A DNA stretch of 64,000 nt from Amoebophrya sp. A120 (Eukaryota > Protista > Dinoflagellata), in NCBI GenBank assembly GCA_905178155.1, contig CAJINV010000001.1, positions 729,643-793,642 of the forward strand, read 5' to 3'. Below the pieces are notes generated by a model. It ran no database searches, had not been told where the DNA came from, and saw nothing but the letters and a program-made list of their open reading frames with translations. Of this stretch, positions 33,830 through 46,508 are shown one piece after another. The position numbers were made by a program, and so were the translations under genes. The number at the start of each line of letters is the position of its first letter. The first letter of the stretch is position 1.

Positions 33830-36800
33830 TTACTCAATCCCGATGGCTTGGTTGATGTGTCTCAAGACGAACGCGGAGAAACACGTACCAAGCAAAATGC
33901 CGATCAGCAGTGCGTTGCTCAGTAACGGTCCGATTTGCGCCCGTTCCGCGGGGTGCTTGATGCCGCTACCCGCCTCCATGAACGCCCACGTAGCACAGTA
34001 GGCGAGGGAGAGACCGAAGAGGTAGTCAACCAGAAACGGTACTGCCATGTTGGTTTCGTAGATGCACACCAAGAAACAGCACGTGGTGACGAATACGCAC
34101 CGGAGCCCAACGATCGGAAGAAACCATTTTTTCGGCGGCTTGCCCAGCATCGGGAGGTACCGTCCGGACACGTCGCCCAGATTGAAGAAACCCAGGACGA
34201 GCTGGTGGTTTTTGAAATTTTGGTATTTATTTTGTCATGCGATTCGTTCAAGAAGAAAAACCACCAGCAAGGAAATCCATGCCACTTCGTGGTACAGAAA
34301 CATGAAGAAGTTGATGAGGTAAGTTGTACAACTTTATCCTATGTCATTAAAACGCTTTGTCTAAAAAATATTATACCAGGATGAAGTTCGACATGCAGAT
34401 CCTTTTGTCGTTCGGGTCATTCGCGTCGTCCGGCTTGATCCCTTCCGCCTTGAAGAGCAGAGGCAACGTATTACAATGAAAAATGCCCCCTCCCCATATT
34501 GAATTGAAGGAGCGACGCCCCCTGACGTGCCTCGGTAGCCGATCGCTCTACCAACCGGAGGTGCTAATTTACATGCTTACTCCTTCATTCGTCGAGCACC
34601 TCATTCGCCATACAAACCGGCTGGTGAGCAATTACCCGGACTGCCGGCCCAATTTGTGCCGGTTTTGGTGTTTCAGGGAGATACCCTCCCCATATCGAAA
34701 CGCAAATCTGTGATGCACATTTGTGATCACAAATCAGCTTTGTGATGCTAGAAGGCAAAAGATGCGGACTGTAGTGCTGTCTAGCGTGGGAAACCCTTGC
34801 TGCTCCAGCATGACAGGAGGCAGCTGCAAGTGGGAAACAGCATGACAGATTGCCCGCAACTCAGGCCGCAGCTGCGTCTCTTGGCCTTCTAGCATTACAA
34901 CACGACTTGTGTACTCAAATACAGCATCACAAATTTCGTTTCCTATATGGGGTGGGGGCTTTTTTCACTTTGATACAACGCCGGAAAGATGCAGAAGGTG
35001 GTGAAAAACGCCAAAAACATGCCCGTGTACATTGGCCAGTCGTCCGCGATATGGATTGCAAATATGCCTGGGTCTGGAAACTTGTGATGCGACTTTATGA
35101 CTGGTGGGCGTACGGCAATGCGCAGCTACGCATGACAAGTTTTTAGGCTCCTATGTGTTTCGCTTTCTGCATGGCACACTGCATTTTTGCATGACAGGCA
35201 ATACGCTTCTTTCCTGCTCCTGCAATACAGATTTAAGGAGCATGTGAGACAAGCATGACAAACTTGCATTCTTCCAGACTCAGACATATTTGCATTTGAT
35301 ACGCGAATACGGCCCAAATGCTTCGGGGCTGGATAGCGGAGTAATCTTCTTCTGCTTCGTCCTGTTTATTTCTTGTTCCTGCTGTCACAAGCGGTTCCAG
35401 CTCGTCGTTATTATCATGACCAGCTTGTTCTTCTGATGTTTCAACCAGTCTTCTCTCTGCGAGCACAATCTTCGGCTTGGCTGTTTCTACATCGTGATCT
35501 ACTGCGTCTTTCTCCAGCTGGTTGAGCAAACTTCCCTCTTCCGGGTTCAAATCCTCCAGTTCGATTTGCTTTGCCAACAACGGATTTCGGACGAACGCAA
35601 AGGGCAGCATCAGGTAGCAGAAAACGAGGACGATCGCCACGATGGAGAGCAGGATGTAGACGAGATTCGCCGTGTAGCCCTGGTTTCCCAACGCGACGTT
35701 GTAGATCAAATTGAAGAAGAAAGTTGGGAGGGAAGACAACGCGTTTCCGAGGGACCAGAAGGTCATCATGCGCGGGGAATTCAGACTCGTGCAGAGACCT
35801 AGTTTGGTATTTGGGTGAGAGAAGTGTTATGCTCAACACGCAGAAATGTTGCACTTGCAAAATAAAGTTTACTTCTAAAAATACAGAGCTCGCAGGAGCC
35901 CACGACGAAACTGCACCCGTAGATAGTAGACTACACTATTTATACATAGGAGGAGGAGGAGGAAACCTCTATAGTAAGCTTCTATCTACTAAGCTACTTC
36001 TTTCTTAAGCTTAACTATAGGACATATTTTTGGTGCCGACAAGCCGAGCGGATAGTAGATCTGTAAAAGTGGAAACATAGTAAGTACATCTACATCAAAA
36101 TGAAAAACTTCTGCGTTTCAGAAGTACCACTTCCGCAGTTTTGCAGCCAGGAGTTTCCGATCCCGAGCACCACGAGCGCAATTAAAGCCACGATATGACA
36201 GTGCACAACCCCCCCTCTTCCTCATTTGTATAGCATGAACGGCAATACAAGCATCAGCAAGAGTGCCGGTTTTGCATGACAAATTTGCCCTAGAGTGTAG
36301 TGCTATTTGGGATGCCAGAACTTGTCATGCAAGCAGTGCCACAAGGCTGTGACTGGAGTTGAGTAGGAGTTGGGGTTTTGCATGACAAATGAGGGGGAGG
36401 GGGAGTTGTGCACTCTCGTACACGGCTCGGGAATTGTAGAGGACGGCGAAGACAAACAATGGCACGTACACGAGGACGGAGGAGCCGCAAGCGATGAGCC
36501 ATCGGATGGAAAAGGTGAAGCCGGCGAAAAATTTGCTCCGCGTCCAGGTCGTGGTGTTTGCATTTATTCCCTTCTCCACGTCGTTATTTTCGGGTTGCTG
36601 TTCTTTCACCTGCTGAAACTTTCTCTTCTCCGACACGTACGTGTAAGCAAAGCCAAACACCACGTTGCTGACGCCGTACGGGAACAGCGAGATGTAGCCC
36701 CAGTCCTTTCCGAGCACCTGAAGATAGTTGTGAGCAGTATTTGGTAGATTCGCAATGTCATTGGCTAAGTACTTATTTTGCCTTCTAGCTGCATCATCTC

Positions 36801-37092
36801 AACACGAAGAACATCTTTCTGGTAACTGTCTTACTATAAATTTCTGACCGGCAAAAAAAAACCTCCTTACCTCTGGTTTCATCAGGTACGGCGTGATCGA
36901 TAAGTACACATTGTATCCGAAGAGCTGCACAAAGCTGACGAAGAACAACGCACCGATGGCGTGCGAGAGATCTTTTGTCATCTCTTCTTCCTTCTCGTTC
37001 TCCTGCTTCTTAATTGTGTCGCTTTCGGGCTCCTGCTCGGGTGCAGAGTATGACCCCGAGTTGTCGAGCCTTTTCTTCGTGCTCGCCGTCAT
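33830..37092 (-). CDS. Equilibrative nucleoside transporter (ENT/SLC29-like), copy 1, 7 exons
   Basis: Multi-pass; motifs FFTTFCIFPAL, FNLGDVSGRYLP, AYCATWAF, GILLG. Three introners plus GT-AG introns 36718-36870, 35799-36127 and 34202-34376. Start codon approximate. Confidence 0.85.
34469..34975. mobile_element. Introner, family C, 507 bp, with nested insert
   Basis: Perfect TSD caacg; restores FPAL-PLLFK; internal 12-bp duplication at 34488-34499 and 34684-34695. Confidence 0.9.
35050..35301. mobile_element. Introner, family A
   Basis: Perfect TSD cgcga; restores WAVFA-DDWP. Confidence 0.93.
36194..36420. mobile_element. Introner, family B (TIR TATnAnAGTGCACAACTCCCCCTC)
   Basis: TSD cacga/cacgg; restores SRAV-ALIAL. 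Confidence 0.9.
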
Positions 37093-38558
37093 CGTTGGCA
37101 CAGTCGTAGTTTCTGGCAGTGCTGCTTCCGGTGCTGTGGGCTTGAAGCTTACTACTTTGTTCGAACGATAAAAATCTGGAAAACGAACGAACAGATGAAG
37201 TAAGGGCAAGACTTGAGAGAAAGGCAGCAGAAACTCCTAGTACCTTAGTCGGGAAATAGAAATGTTGTTGTACTTTTCTCAACTACAAACGAATAGCAAA
37301 GTTAAGTGCAACTACAACGTAACCAGAAAGTAGGAACGTACCCCGTTTTCTTGTCTTCTAACGGGACACTACAAATAAGCAGGTAAATCCTATCGTGCTC
37401 AGAATTTCGGTAAAATTCCTCTATCCAATGAAGGTGCACGACCTGGTGAGATGTAAAGAGCAAGAACTCGTAACACGACTACGCTTATGAAGTGCAAAAG
37501 AACCTAAACATAGACCTAACAGCAGGTTTATAGCATTGACTACTTCCAACCGCACGCAGATCTGAGAATCTCAATCTTCTTCGATTTTCTTTGATCTTGA
37601 GAACGAACCGCGAAAGCACTCGTAGGTGATCCGAAGATTTTTTCCGATTGTTCATGACTGAATTTTTACGAAAAATCGTCTGCCGCACGCCGCTTCAGAA
37701 TTGCCCGATGAAGATCTTTCTTGTCGCGCGCGAACATCAGCTTTGGATCGAATTTGAATTTCTGAAGCTGCAGACCGATGGGGGGATCTTCTCGCACAAG
37801 GAGCATAATTTTCTTTTTCAGTAAAACCACATTTTTCGCCGGACCAAGCGACACACGACCGGATAATTCGATAAAGCTTTTCCCTTCTAATATCTTGAGA
37901 CCGAAACCGATAAGATTTGCGAGTTCGTGCTGAGGCAAAAAAAACACAACCGCTGCTGCATGCCGTGTGTGGCAGGACGACCAGGACCAGGAGTATTAAG
38001 TATGATGCCTTTGCCTGTAGACGTGTTTTATAGCTGCAGCAGACTAGGACTAGGTACCGCGACAGGGCGGCGAGCTCACTTATCACTGTTACATCATCTT
38101 CAATCATCAACATCAAAATTCTAAAGTGACCTCGAACATCAAGTAGTTTAACTTCAATAATTATGCGTTAGGAAACCGATAAACTTTCTCCGATACTTTA
38201 CCTCGTCTTTGCATTTTTTGTTGGATCGCACACTATAGAAGGCGGAGCGCACTACTTCTTATCGGCGAAGAGAAACAAAAGCTGCAGTGAGGTTCATATA
38301 GTAGAAGAATCTTTAAATTTCATATGTTTGTATATGTGAGAGGTCATCTTTTCACTACTGGTACTACTGATGGTCGATACATTTTTTTCACGTTTGTTTC
38401 ATATTTATTTCCCGCGCTACGCACCACAAACTGCGTTTGTTTGCTCATGTTCATGCTGTTTCCGTTGTACTTTATGCAAGTATAACTAGCGGAGTGCTTT
38501 GGTTTCAACACGTCTTCACACGCCTGCTGCGTTCTTCCCTGCTGCACACCACGACTCG

Positions 38559-41026
38559 TCAGTGGTCGATGCCCAGCGCCACGTTGATAGGCTTCAATGC
38601 GAACGCGGAAAACAAGCTTCCCAGGAAAATCCCGATTAGCAAATTGGTGCTCAAAATCGGACCGATCTGTGCGCGTTCCGCCGGATGGGTAATCGTACTG
38701 CCCGCTTCCATAAAGGCCCAGGTGGCCAGGTACGCGTGGAACATGCCCTGGAAGATGTTCACTAGGAAGGGCACCGCGAGATTGAATTCGTAGAGACAAG
38801 TCAAAAAGCAGAGCAAAGTAACCAAACAGCATTTCATCCCAACGAGCGGTAAAAACCACCCCCGCTTCGGTTTCCACAGCCACGGTAAATACCGGCCCGA
38901 CAAGTCCCCCACGCTGAAGCAACCAATGACAAGTAACAAAAAGTTGGACTTGCAGAGGCGGTGGTCTGCGGGATCGGTACTGTCATCGGGTTTCACGTCG
39001 GCTTTGAATTTCAGTGGGAGCGCCGGATGAATCGCGAAAGTCGTGAAAAAGACGAAGAACATACCCGTAAACATCGGCCAATCATCGGCGTACACGGCCC
39101 AGATGGTGCGTGGCTGGATGGTAGAAGTCGAACGAGTTTCGACGGAATGGATATCGTCGTGGTCTTCCTGGTCGTGTTGTTCCCCAAGTAGGCTTGTCCT
39201 GTTCTCGCAGTTCTGCTCTCCGCGTGAGAAAAACTTCTTGGCAGCAGGGCTTGTTTGATGTACTAGCGGCTGCGACTCGACATCTCGAGGTGTAGTTCCG
39301 GTGGCGCCTGTAGTTCGACTTACGGCGTGCGCACTGTCCCCGCACTTCATCGCCTTCTTCGGTTGTTCCGTAGTCGGTATAAAAATTCCGGCACTAGTGC
39401 TGGACGGGAACGGACTCTCCGCATCTTCAATTTGTTCCAATTGTTCACGCAGTTCTGCCTCGTCCGGATTCAGGTTCTCTAGTTCGACCTGTTTCGCTAA
39501 CAGCACGTTTTTTCTCACGGCGCAACTCAGCACGAAGTAGGCCAAAATGATTACAAAAGCCGCAATCGAGAGCAGAATGTAGACGAGCTCGCTGGTGTAC
39601 CCCTTGTGACCCAATGCGAGGTTGTAGACCAAATTGAAGACCAACGGCGGAATGCCCGCCAACGCATTACCAAGGGACCAGAACGTCATCACGCGGCGGC
39701 TATGAAGACTCGTACACAAACCTGGTTTTGAAAACGGACGCAGGATTTATGGCAAATTTTTAATTCGCTGCTCTCGTTTTTTTATGCAGCGGTTTCGTGT
39801 TTCTCGCATGACTTGTTGAAGTTGAACAAGCCATGATGTGTCTACTTACGACCCACTCTAGCTAGGATTGCGATATGAATCCTCTTGCCTCGAATTCAAC
39901 TGCAAACATAACCTCTGCCTTTATGGTTATACCAGCACCGGAGCTCTGCAGCCAGGAATTTCCGATGCCGAGTACCGCTTTCGCGGTCAGTGCGAGCGCC
40001 CGCGACTTGTAGGCCACTGCCAGAATCAGAAGCGGGAAATAGACCAGGAAGTTGAACCCACAAGCAATTGCCCAGCGGACCGGGAAAGTGAACGCTGCAA
40101 AGAACTGGTTGCGGGTCCACAGGATTTTTGTCATGGTTTTGGAACCAGCTTCGCCTCGTCCACCTAAATGACCCTTTTCCAACTCGGAATAAAAGTTCGT
40201 ATCCCGACTTGATGTAGTAGAACGAGGATCCAACGAGTCCTCTCGGTGCTCTTGACTCGGCGAAGTCACCTCCACAACCGGCTGAAATTTCCGCTTTTCC
40301 GTGATGTAGGCGTAGAGAAGGGCAAAAACAACGTTACTGGCGCCGTAAGGAAAACCAGAAATGTAGCCCCAGTCGGTGCCGAGCATCTGTGATGAAGTAG
40401 ATGTAGGTTTGCGATAGTCATAGCACAAAAAACGTACACAAACATTCTCACTTATCAATGAGAATGATTCTTGTGTAGTTTCGGGCCGCAGCAGAACACA
40501 AATTTGACCATGCTTGCTGTCAAGCTTCTTTCATAAAACGGAGCCACAAATAAAAATAGCTTACGTCCGGCATGTTCAGAAACGGATTAATGTTGCTGAT
40601 CACGTTGTATCCGAAGAGTTCCACAAAGCTGACGAAAAACAAGACGGCCGTCGCATGAATGAGAGCAGGTGTCATCTTCTCCTTCTCGTCGCCAGCTTTA
40701 TCTCGTGCATCATCTTTATGCGTAGAACAAGCCGCGACCACAGTACAATTCTTCGGCTTTGCATGATGAAGGTAATCATCCACCGGCTCATCTCTCACAA
40801 CAGAGACGTGCGATTCGTCTTTGAAGATTTGTACAGGAGGATGAGAACGTGTTTTCGGTGTAGCTGCACGATGATGCTGGTGCTGCACGTGCCCCGCTGC
40901 CCCGCCCGGATCGTCAGCGGCTGGCAAGGAGGAATCCTCTGGAGACAGGAGCGTGCGTCCACGGTCGGTAGCACGCGGAACATTTTGCTGCTGCTCATCT
41001 GCAGCAGCTGCAGGCGCTGCTGGCAT
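38559..41026 (-). CDS. Equilibrative nucleoside transporter (ENT/SLC29-like), copy 2, 3 exons, introner-free
   Basis: Tandem paralog of 33830-37092; GT-AG introns 40387-40564 and 39722-39932 at positions shared with copy 1. Confidence 0.85.
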
Positions 41027-41303
41027 TCTGACCCAGAACCGTTGTAAAAAAGTAGAATATCGTCGAGCACCAGTTGTGATTTGAATAGAAACGTAGAAAA
41101 CTGAAAAACAAAACGAAATGAAATATGAAAATCAGAGTGCAAAGTGCAGCTCGACGCACTAGCTAAGGCAAATCAAAAGTAAAACGTAAACGGGTAAAAA
41201 TGAAAATCATGAAAATACGACAGGTAAAAATAAAGGCAGTACTCAGATTCACGCACTCGTCCGTATACTATTCCGATGTGTATTATCGAAGTTTTTCAAC
41301 TTC

Positions 41304-42103
41304 TAAGCGTGCGGAGCACCGAGAATCCTCGCACGACCTGCAAAGATGAGGCTACAATACCAAATATAGCCGCCGAGGCGGGGGTAGTGAGGTCGCGCGG
41401 GGTTTTTTTGACTGGACGACGCCGGGCCTTTTTGCGCTTTTCAGAGGAGAAACACTTCTTCGCACGCTATGGCCCCAAAAGGGCCTCCGCCAGGGTCGGC
41501 CCTGTGGCCCCCCCAAATCGGGCCCATAGCATGCGGGCTGGCTTGCTGCTTTTGGCGGGATTCGCGTCCATTGGTTTTTTATGTTGAAAAACCGCGCCCC
41601 TGCCGCCTACTGAATCGCAACGCTTTTCCGCATGCTATAGCCACCCCAGGGCCTCCACCAAGCCCGGCCCCATGGGCCCCCAAAATCGGGCTCATAGCAT
41701 GCGGATTGGCTTTAAGATTTTGGCGGGCCTCCCGCTTTTTGTTTTTTTTTGTTGAAAAGTCGCACTTTTTGGATTGCTCCCCGCATTACAAATGCCCGAC
41801 TTTGGTGGCCGTCTTTGCGACCTCGAAAAGTGGCCAAAAATGGTCCCCATAGCATGCGGATTCGAAGCCTTTGCCGTCTTCGCATTTTTCCGGCGTCCCT
41901 CTTTGGGCGCCCCAAATCGACGGAAATAGGTGCGCCGGACGCCTCAGAAGGGCGCCCCTTTTGCCGGCTCCCCTGCGTCGTTTTATCAAGTGCGAATCGA
42001 TAGTTTTCGACCGGGCTTGTTTGCTATCAAATCCCCGGCCGCTTGATAAGCGTGCGGAGCACCGAGAATCCTCGCACGACCTGCAAAGATGAGGTTACAG
42101 TAC
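41304..42103. repeat. ~690-bp segment between 57-bp direct repeats, with internal ~168-bp degenerate tandem units
   Basis: taagcgtgcggagcaccgagaatcctcgcacgacctgcaaagatgagg is identical at 41304-41351 and 42047-42094; CATAGCATGCGG occurs three times inside. Confidence 0.8.
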
Positions 42104-42783
42104 GGAATGCGGACCATACGTTTTATTCCGAGGAACAGATGAACCGATTGAAAAACCGACAGTGTTAAACAACGGATCTGCAGGATGAGCTTAAAGTAGA
42201 TAGCAACAGGCGAGCAGATCTTGCTTAGATCGTCATCCTTGCCGGTGCCTTTGGCTTGTTAGTTTTGGTCTTTGATCACAAAGTACAGTAGCTTGATGTC
42301 CAATGAGTTCTCCTCGGACGGCGAGTTACTTATGTGCTAAGACCGACCTACTGCGATGGCCATTTGAGGAATGCGAATGAAAATCTGGCGAGACAATGAA
42401 GGATCGTGTCAATTTTCTACTTCCAGCGATCCGTTGCGTGGTACAGCAGTGCTTGCAGTCGATCGAACTCTCCACACGTACTGTCTAGAAGAGCGCAGCT
42501 GCGCTAGTGATAGGTGCAGCAGGAGCTGCAAAATTACCATTTATTTCTCGGAAAAGAAACATGAGTTTTCCATTTGCTCACAAGTGTTCTTGTGTCCTTA
42601 ATTTTACAATCGAGCTCTCTCCGAAGCCCTCATGGTGTCTGCGTGTGTTTTCTCTATTTCTATGCAATATCTTTACATGATTGTAAATGTCATAAATTTT
42701 CTTATTTCCGAAATCGAATGCGGATGCGCTGCAAACGAGAACCTAATTTTTGGTCCGAAACTTCCACTGGCTTCTGCTCGACG

Positions 42784-45457
42784 TCACGCTTTCGCGTAGT
42801 ACCTCCAAAATGACCGCCAAGATGAGCTGCCACCCTTTTTCCTGGCTAAAGTGTCTCCGTCCTCTCTCTCACCAGAAGATGCGCTGTTTCTCGTCTCTTG
42901 AGCTCCTGACCGCGCAAAGCGATCCCCCGGAGGAAGTCCCTCGTCAAAATCTTCCTGATACCGGCCGTCCGGACCATAGTCGTATGGTGGGTAGGACCGG
43001 TAATTATTTATATTTTCGAAACTGTCGTCCCCACCATGAGCAGCTGCAGGTCCTTCGTGAAAATTGTCAGCAGAACCACTACTGGGCACTCTTCTCCTAA
43101 TCGGCAATTTCCAGCCCCCGAGCAAGCGGATGAAGGTGGCGCACTCGCTATCAAATGCAAAAATGTCTGGGTCTGCAAGAATGCAACTTGTGATGCTGCA
43201 TCTCGATGTCTAAAAAATTTCTGTGTTGCATGAGTAGCAAAAGGATTCTAATTTTTGCTACGCGGAGAGGGCATTTGTCATGCGGAATAGGCATCGCGAA
43301 TCCCTCAAAAGCCCTGTGATGCCAGGGCATGCATCACAGACATCATGGCTCATGCAAACCGTGCATGACAAGTCTCAGAATCTTCCAGACCCAGACATTT
43401 TTGCATTTGATACTCGCTGCTTCCGCGGTACAGTGCTTCGATGTCCTTGTAGAGGTGGAAGGCGTTTCGTTTGTTCTTGCCGAGAATCGCCACTTCTGTC
43501 GCGACATTGCCGTATTCCTGCCCGAAGTGGGCCAGTTTGTCAAAGTCTCGCTTGCTTTCCGCTTTCGCGAAGATCTTCTGGAGGTTCAGTTTGTGCAGCG
43601 CCGGCGCGCGTTCCTCTAACACGGGTCGGGGCGGCGGAAGCCGGGTCAGCTCGTAGTTGCTCAGGATTGTCTCCTTGTTCTCAAACAGCAAGGTGCGGAG
43701 ACGTAAGGGAACTTCGTCCTTCTTGCCCGTGCTCTTTTTCGCGAGAGGTATAGATTTCGATTTCGAATCAATATCGTTTAATGCTCCGCGTTTTGTTCCC
43801 GACGAGGAAGATGTTTTTGCAGTACTGCTAGCTATTTTCGGTGGTTTTATCGCCTGCCTGTCCAAAATCTCCGCGAGAGTCTCGTAAGGCTTTACGTTTT
43901 GGAAGAGTTGCCGGAATTTGTGCGGCCCGAAGCCCTTCGCGCCGGCGGTAATGCAGTCCGAGCTGTTATCCAAGGAAAAAAGTGCTACAGTTACACATTT
44001 GTAGTGAATTCAGCATCACAAATTTGCCTTTTAATGCAGAGATTATAAAGCAAAAGCAAAACACACACGAAACGAGACCCGCAAGCATTTTGCGCATGAC
44101 AGAAGTCGTCTGTCATGCATGTTTTGCAACACAATGTGTAACTGTAACACTTTTTTCTTGCGATAGCTGTCGCCCGAAATCGCCAGCATTTCCGCGATGC
44201 GGTCTGCCGGGAGACCGAGGTATAAGAGTGCACAACTCCCCCTCGTCCCCCATTTGTAGGGCATGAACAACAATACAAGCGCCGGCACGAGTGCAGGTTT
44301 TGCATGACAAATTCACTCCGGATTGTAGTGCTGTTTGGGCTGCCAGAACCTGTCATGCAAAAAGTGAGGCAAAGGGTGCATTTTTTTGGTCTATTTTGCA
44401 TGACAAATGAGGGGAAGCAGGGGCGGTTGTGCACAACTATCATACGAACTTGTGCTCCACCAGAATCTCGTCGATGGGGTCGAACGTGAAGGGATCCACG
44501 ATATCAATCCCGTAGGGCAGGTATGCATGGCAAATATGTCTGGGTCTGGAAACTGAGACATGGAACTTGTAATGCTTGCTAGTCCTACACTCCTGTAAAA
44601 TCTGTTTTGCCTGACTAACAAAGAAGACGTTCTCTGTGGTCATAAAAAAGCGCAGTTTCTCATGCGGACTGAGCATGAGAGAGCGTTCAGCGAACTTGTC
44701 ATGCTGGGCTGCATTGGCAAATATTTCAGTCATCCACAGTTCAGCATCACAAGTTTCCAGACCCAGACATATTTGCATGTGATAGCAGGAGTTGAAAGAG
44801 GTCTTTGTCGGTGGAAAACACGACGGTTTGGTTCTTCGTTGGAACAAGGAGCTGTTGTTGTACTTCTGCATTGATTTTGCCGCTAGAAGTAGAATTGGCC
44901 GCGTCTAGTGAAGAGGTAGACCCGGCGGATGAGGCTGTTGAGGAAGAAGATGTTGAACACGGAGGTGCACCAAGTTGTTGTTGATCACCGGTTCCTTCAC
45001 TTATCTCTACGTGTTCCACTCCTACTCCCTGGTTCCGGCACTGCCACTCGTGCTCCACGGCCAACTTGGCCAAAACGTCGTCGCCCTCCAACCCGTTTTC
45101 TGCCACCACGAGCGGAATCCCGCTGTAGGGGAGAAAATTCCTCCGCACCAAGTTCAGGTTCGCGACGAAAATTTCCCGCTCGCGCTCGTCCTTCCAGGAG
45201 ACCCGCTTTTTGTACTCCTTCAGATGCTCCTTGCGCCAGCTGTTGGACTCCCCGGAAAGCGAATCCAGCACCAGCAGCGGCTTCGCCCGCACCGTGTCCG
45301 CGATCAGCCGGATCGCCCACAGCTTCCTGCACAAATTCTCGGTGAAGTGCTGACCTTTACCGGCCGCGCAGAACCGGCGGGCAACCAGGGTACCGTCGAT
45401 CAGCCACAAGGGGCCGGTGGCCGTCGCGGCCAGGGCCGCCGCGCTGGGAGGTGACAT
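42784..45457 (-). CDS. Stand-alone 5'-3' exonuclease / flap endonuclease (PolI 5'-nuclease-like PIN + H3TH), 5 exons
   Basis: Motifs LIDG, LVLDS, WRKEHLKEYK, LEGDDVLAKLA, STDKDLFQL, LAISGDSSDCITAGAKGFGPHK; four introners. Confidence 0.85.
43149..43412. mobile_element. Introner, family A
   Basis: Perfect TSD ctcgc; frame restored. Confidence 0.92.
43967..44165. mobile_element. Introner, family F
   Basis: ~33-bp TIR (...aaaaaagtg.tacagttacacatt), perfect TSD gctgt; restores the H3TH motif GDS-SD. Confidence 0.93.
44221..44444. mobile_element. Introner, family B
   Basis: TSD cgagg/cgaac; restores EHKF-G-LPAD. Confidence 0.88.
44522..44784. mobile_element. Introner, family A
   Basis: Perfect TSD gcagg; restores FQLL-P-YGID. 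Confidence 0.92.
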
Positions 45458-46508
45458 GCTGATACTGATACAATGTCGAGCTTTGCAGAAACAAATAATC
45501 AAGTTTTACTTTAACTTAGTCATGAGGGGGTCCTGTTTCACGGTTTTGGAATCCTCTCTCACGAAGAACAAAGCGCCTCTCATGGAAGGAACTACAGAGT
45601 CATAGGCATAGAGTCTCCGGCGTGCGTGACACACTAGAGGGTGCAACGCGCTCCTAGGTGGCTGTTTCTTCGCTCTTGCGTCTACTGCAACTACTTCTAC
45701 TTTCGCCCTCTGTTAGACAAGTACTCACTCTCGACATGCTGTTCCGTTGACGCTGCGTCACAGTCCGCATCTGCGGATCCAGATGGCGCCAAGTAGTGAG
45801 TATGTCGATTTTTACTCTGTTCCTGATATGCTCATCGACTTGAGCTTGTACTTGAAATTGTACGTAAGTACGCACATTATAATGGGACTATGCTCTTCAG
45901 AGTCAGACGAAGTAGTCGGAGGAGAACACAAAGTGCATGGGCTTGATTTGCCCACGCGGAAAATGTCCGTGGCTTTCGCTGACTCGGTGTAGGTCTAGCT
46001 TTGGATGAGGATGTTTCATGAAAAACATGGAGCGTAAACGACACTAAGCGAGGACAACTGTTCGGAAAACAGAAGCACTGCTAGCAAAATTCATGTCTAG
46101 AAGTTTATTTGGAGAAAACGATGTACAACTCGACTTTCGGAGGTCCTCGTGCGACATCAAGCCACGTAGACTTTCTTCTCAGATTTTGCTCACCAGGAGA
46201 AAAATTTTCTGAGTTGGCAATCTTGTATGGGTCGTGGAGTGCCGCGTTTGATACATGTATATTTACGATACTAGATATATGATGAGTGAATCCACATGTA
46301 CGTTCGTATGATGGTACTCTGCTGACTGTGTAAAAATTTCATGTTCGTTATTTCCTCTGCGTCTCTGCGATAGTCGAAAGATTGTACAATGGGATTAATG
46401 GTTGTGGTTCCTCGTCCCCAGGACGGGAGGCGGTACTGGTCACAAGCAAATAAACGTCTTCTTCAAGGCCGAACGAAGTACAAGTAGATGCGTTTTGATA
46501 CTTCTAGA

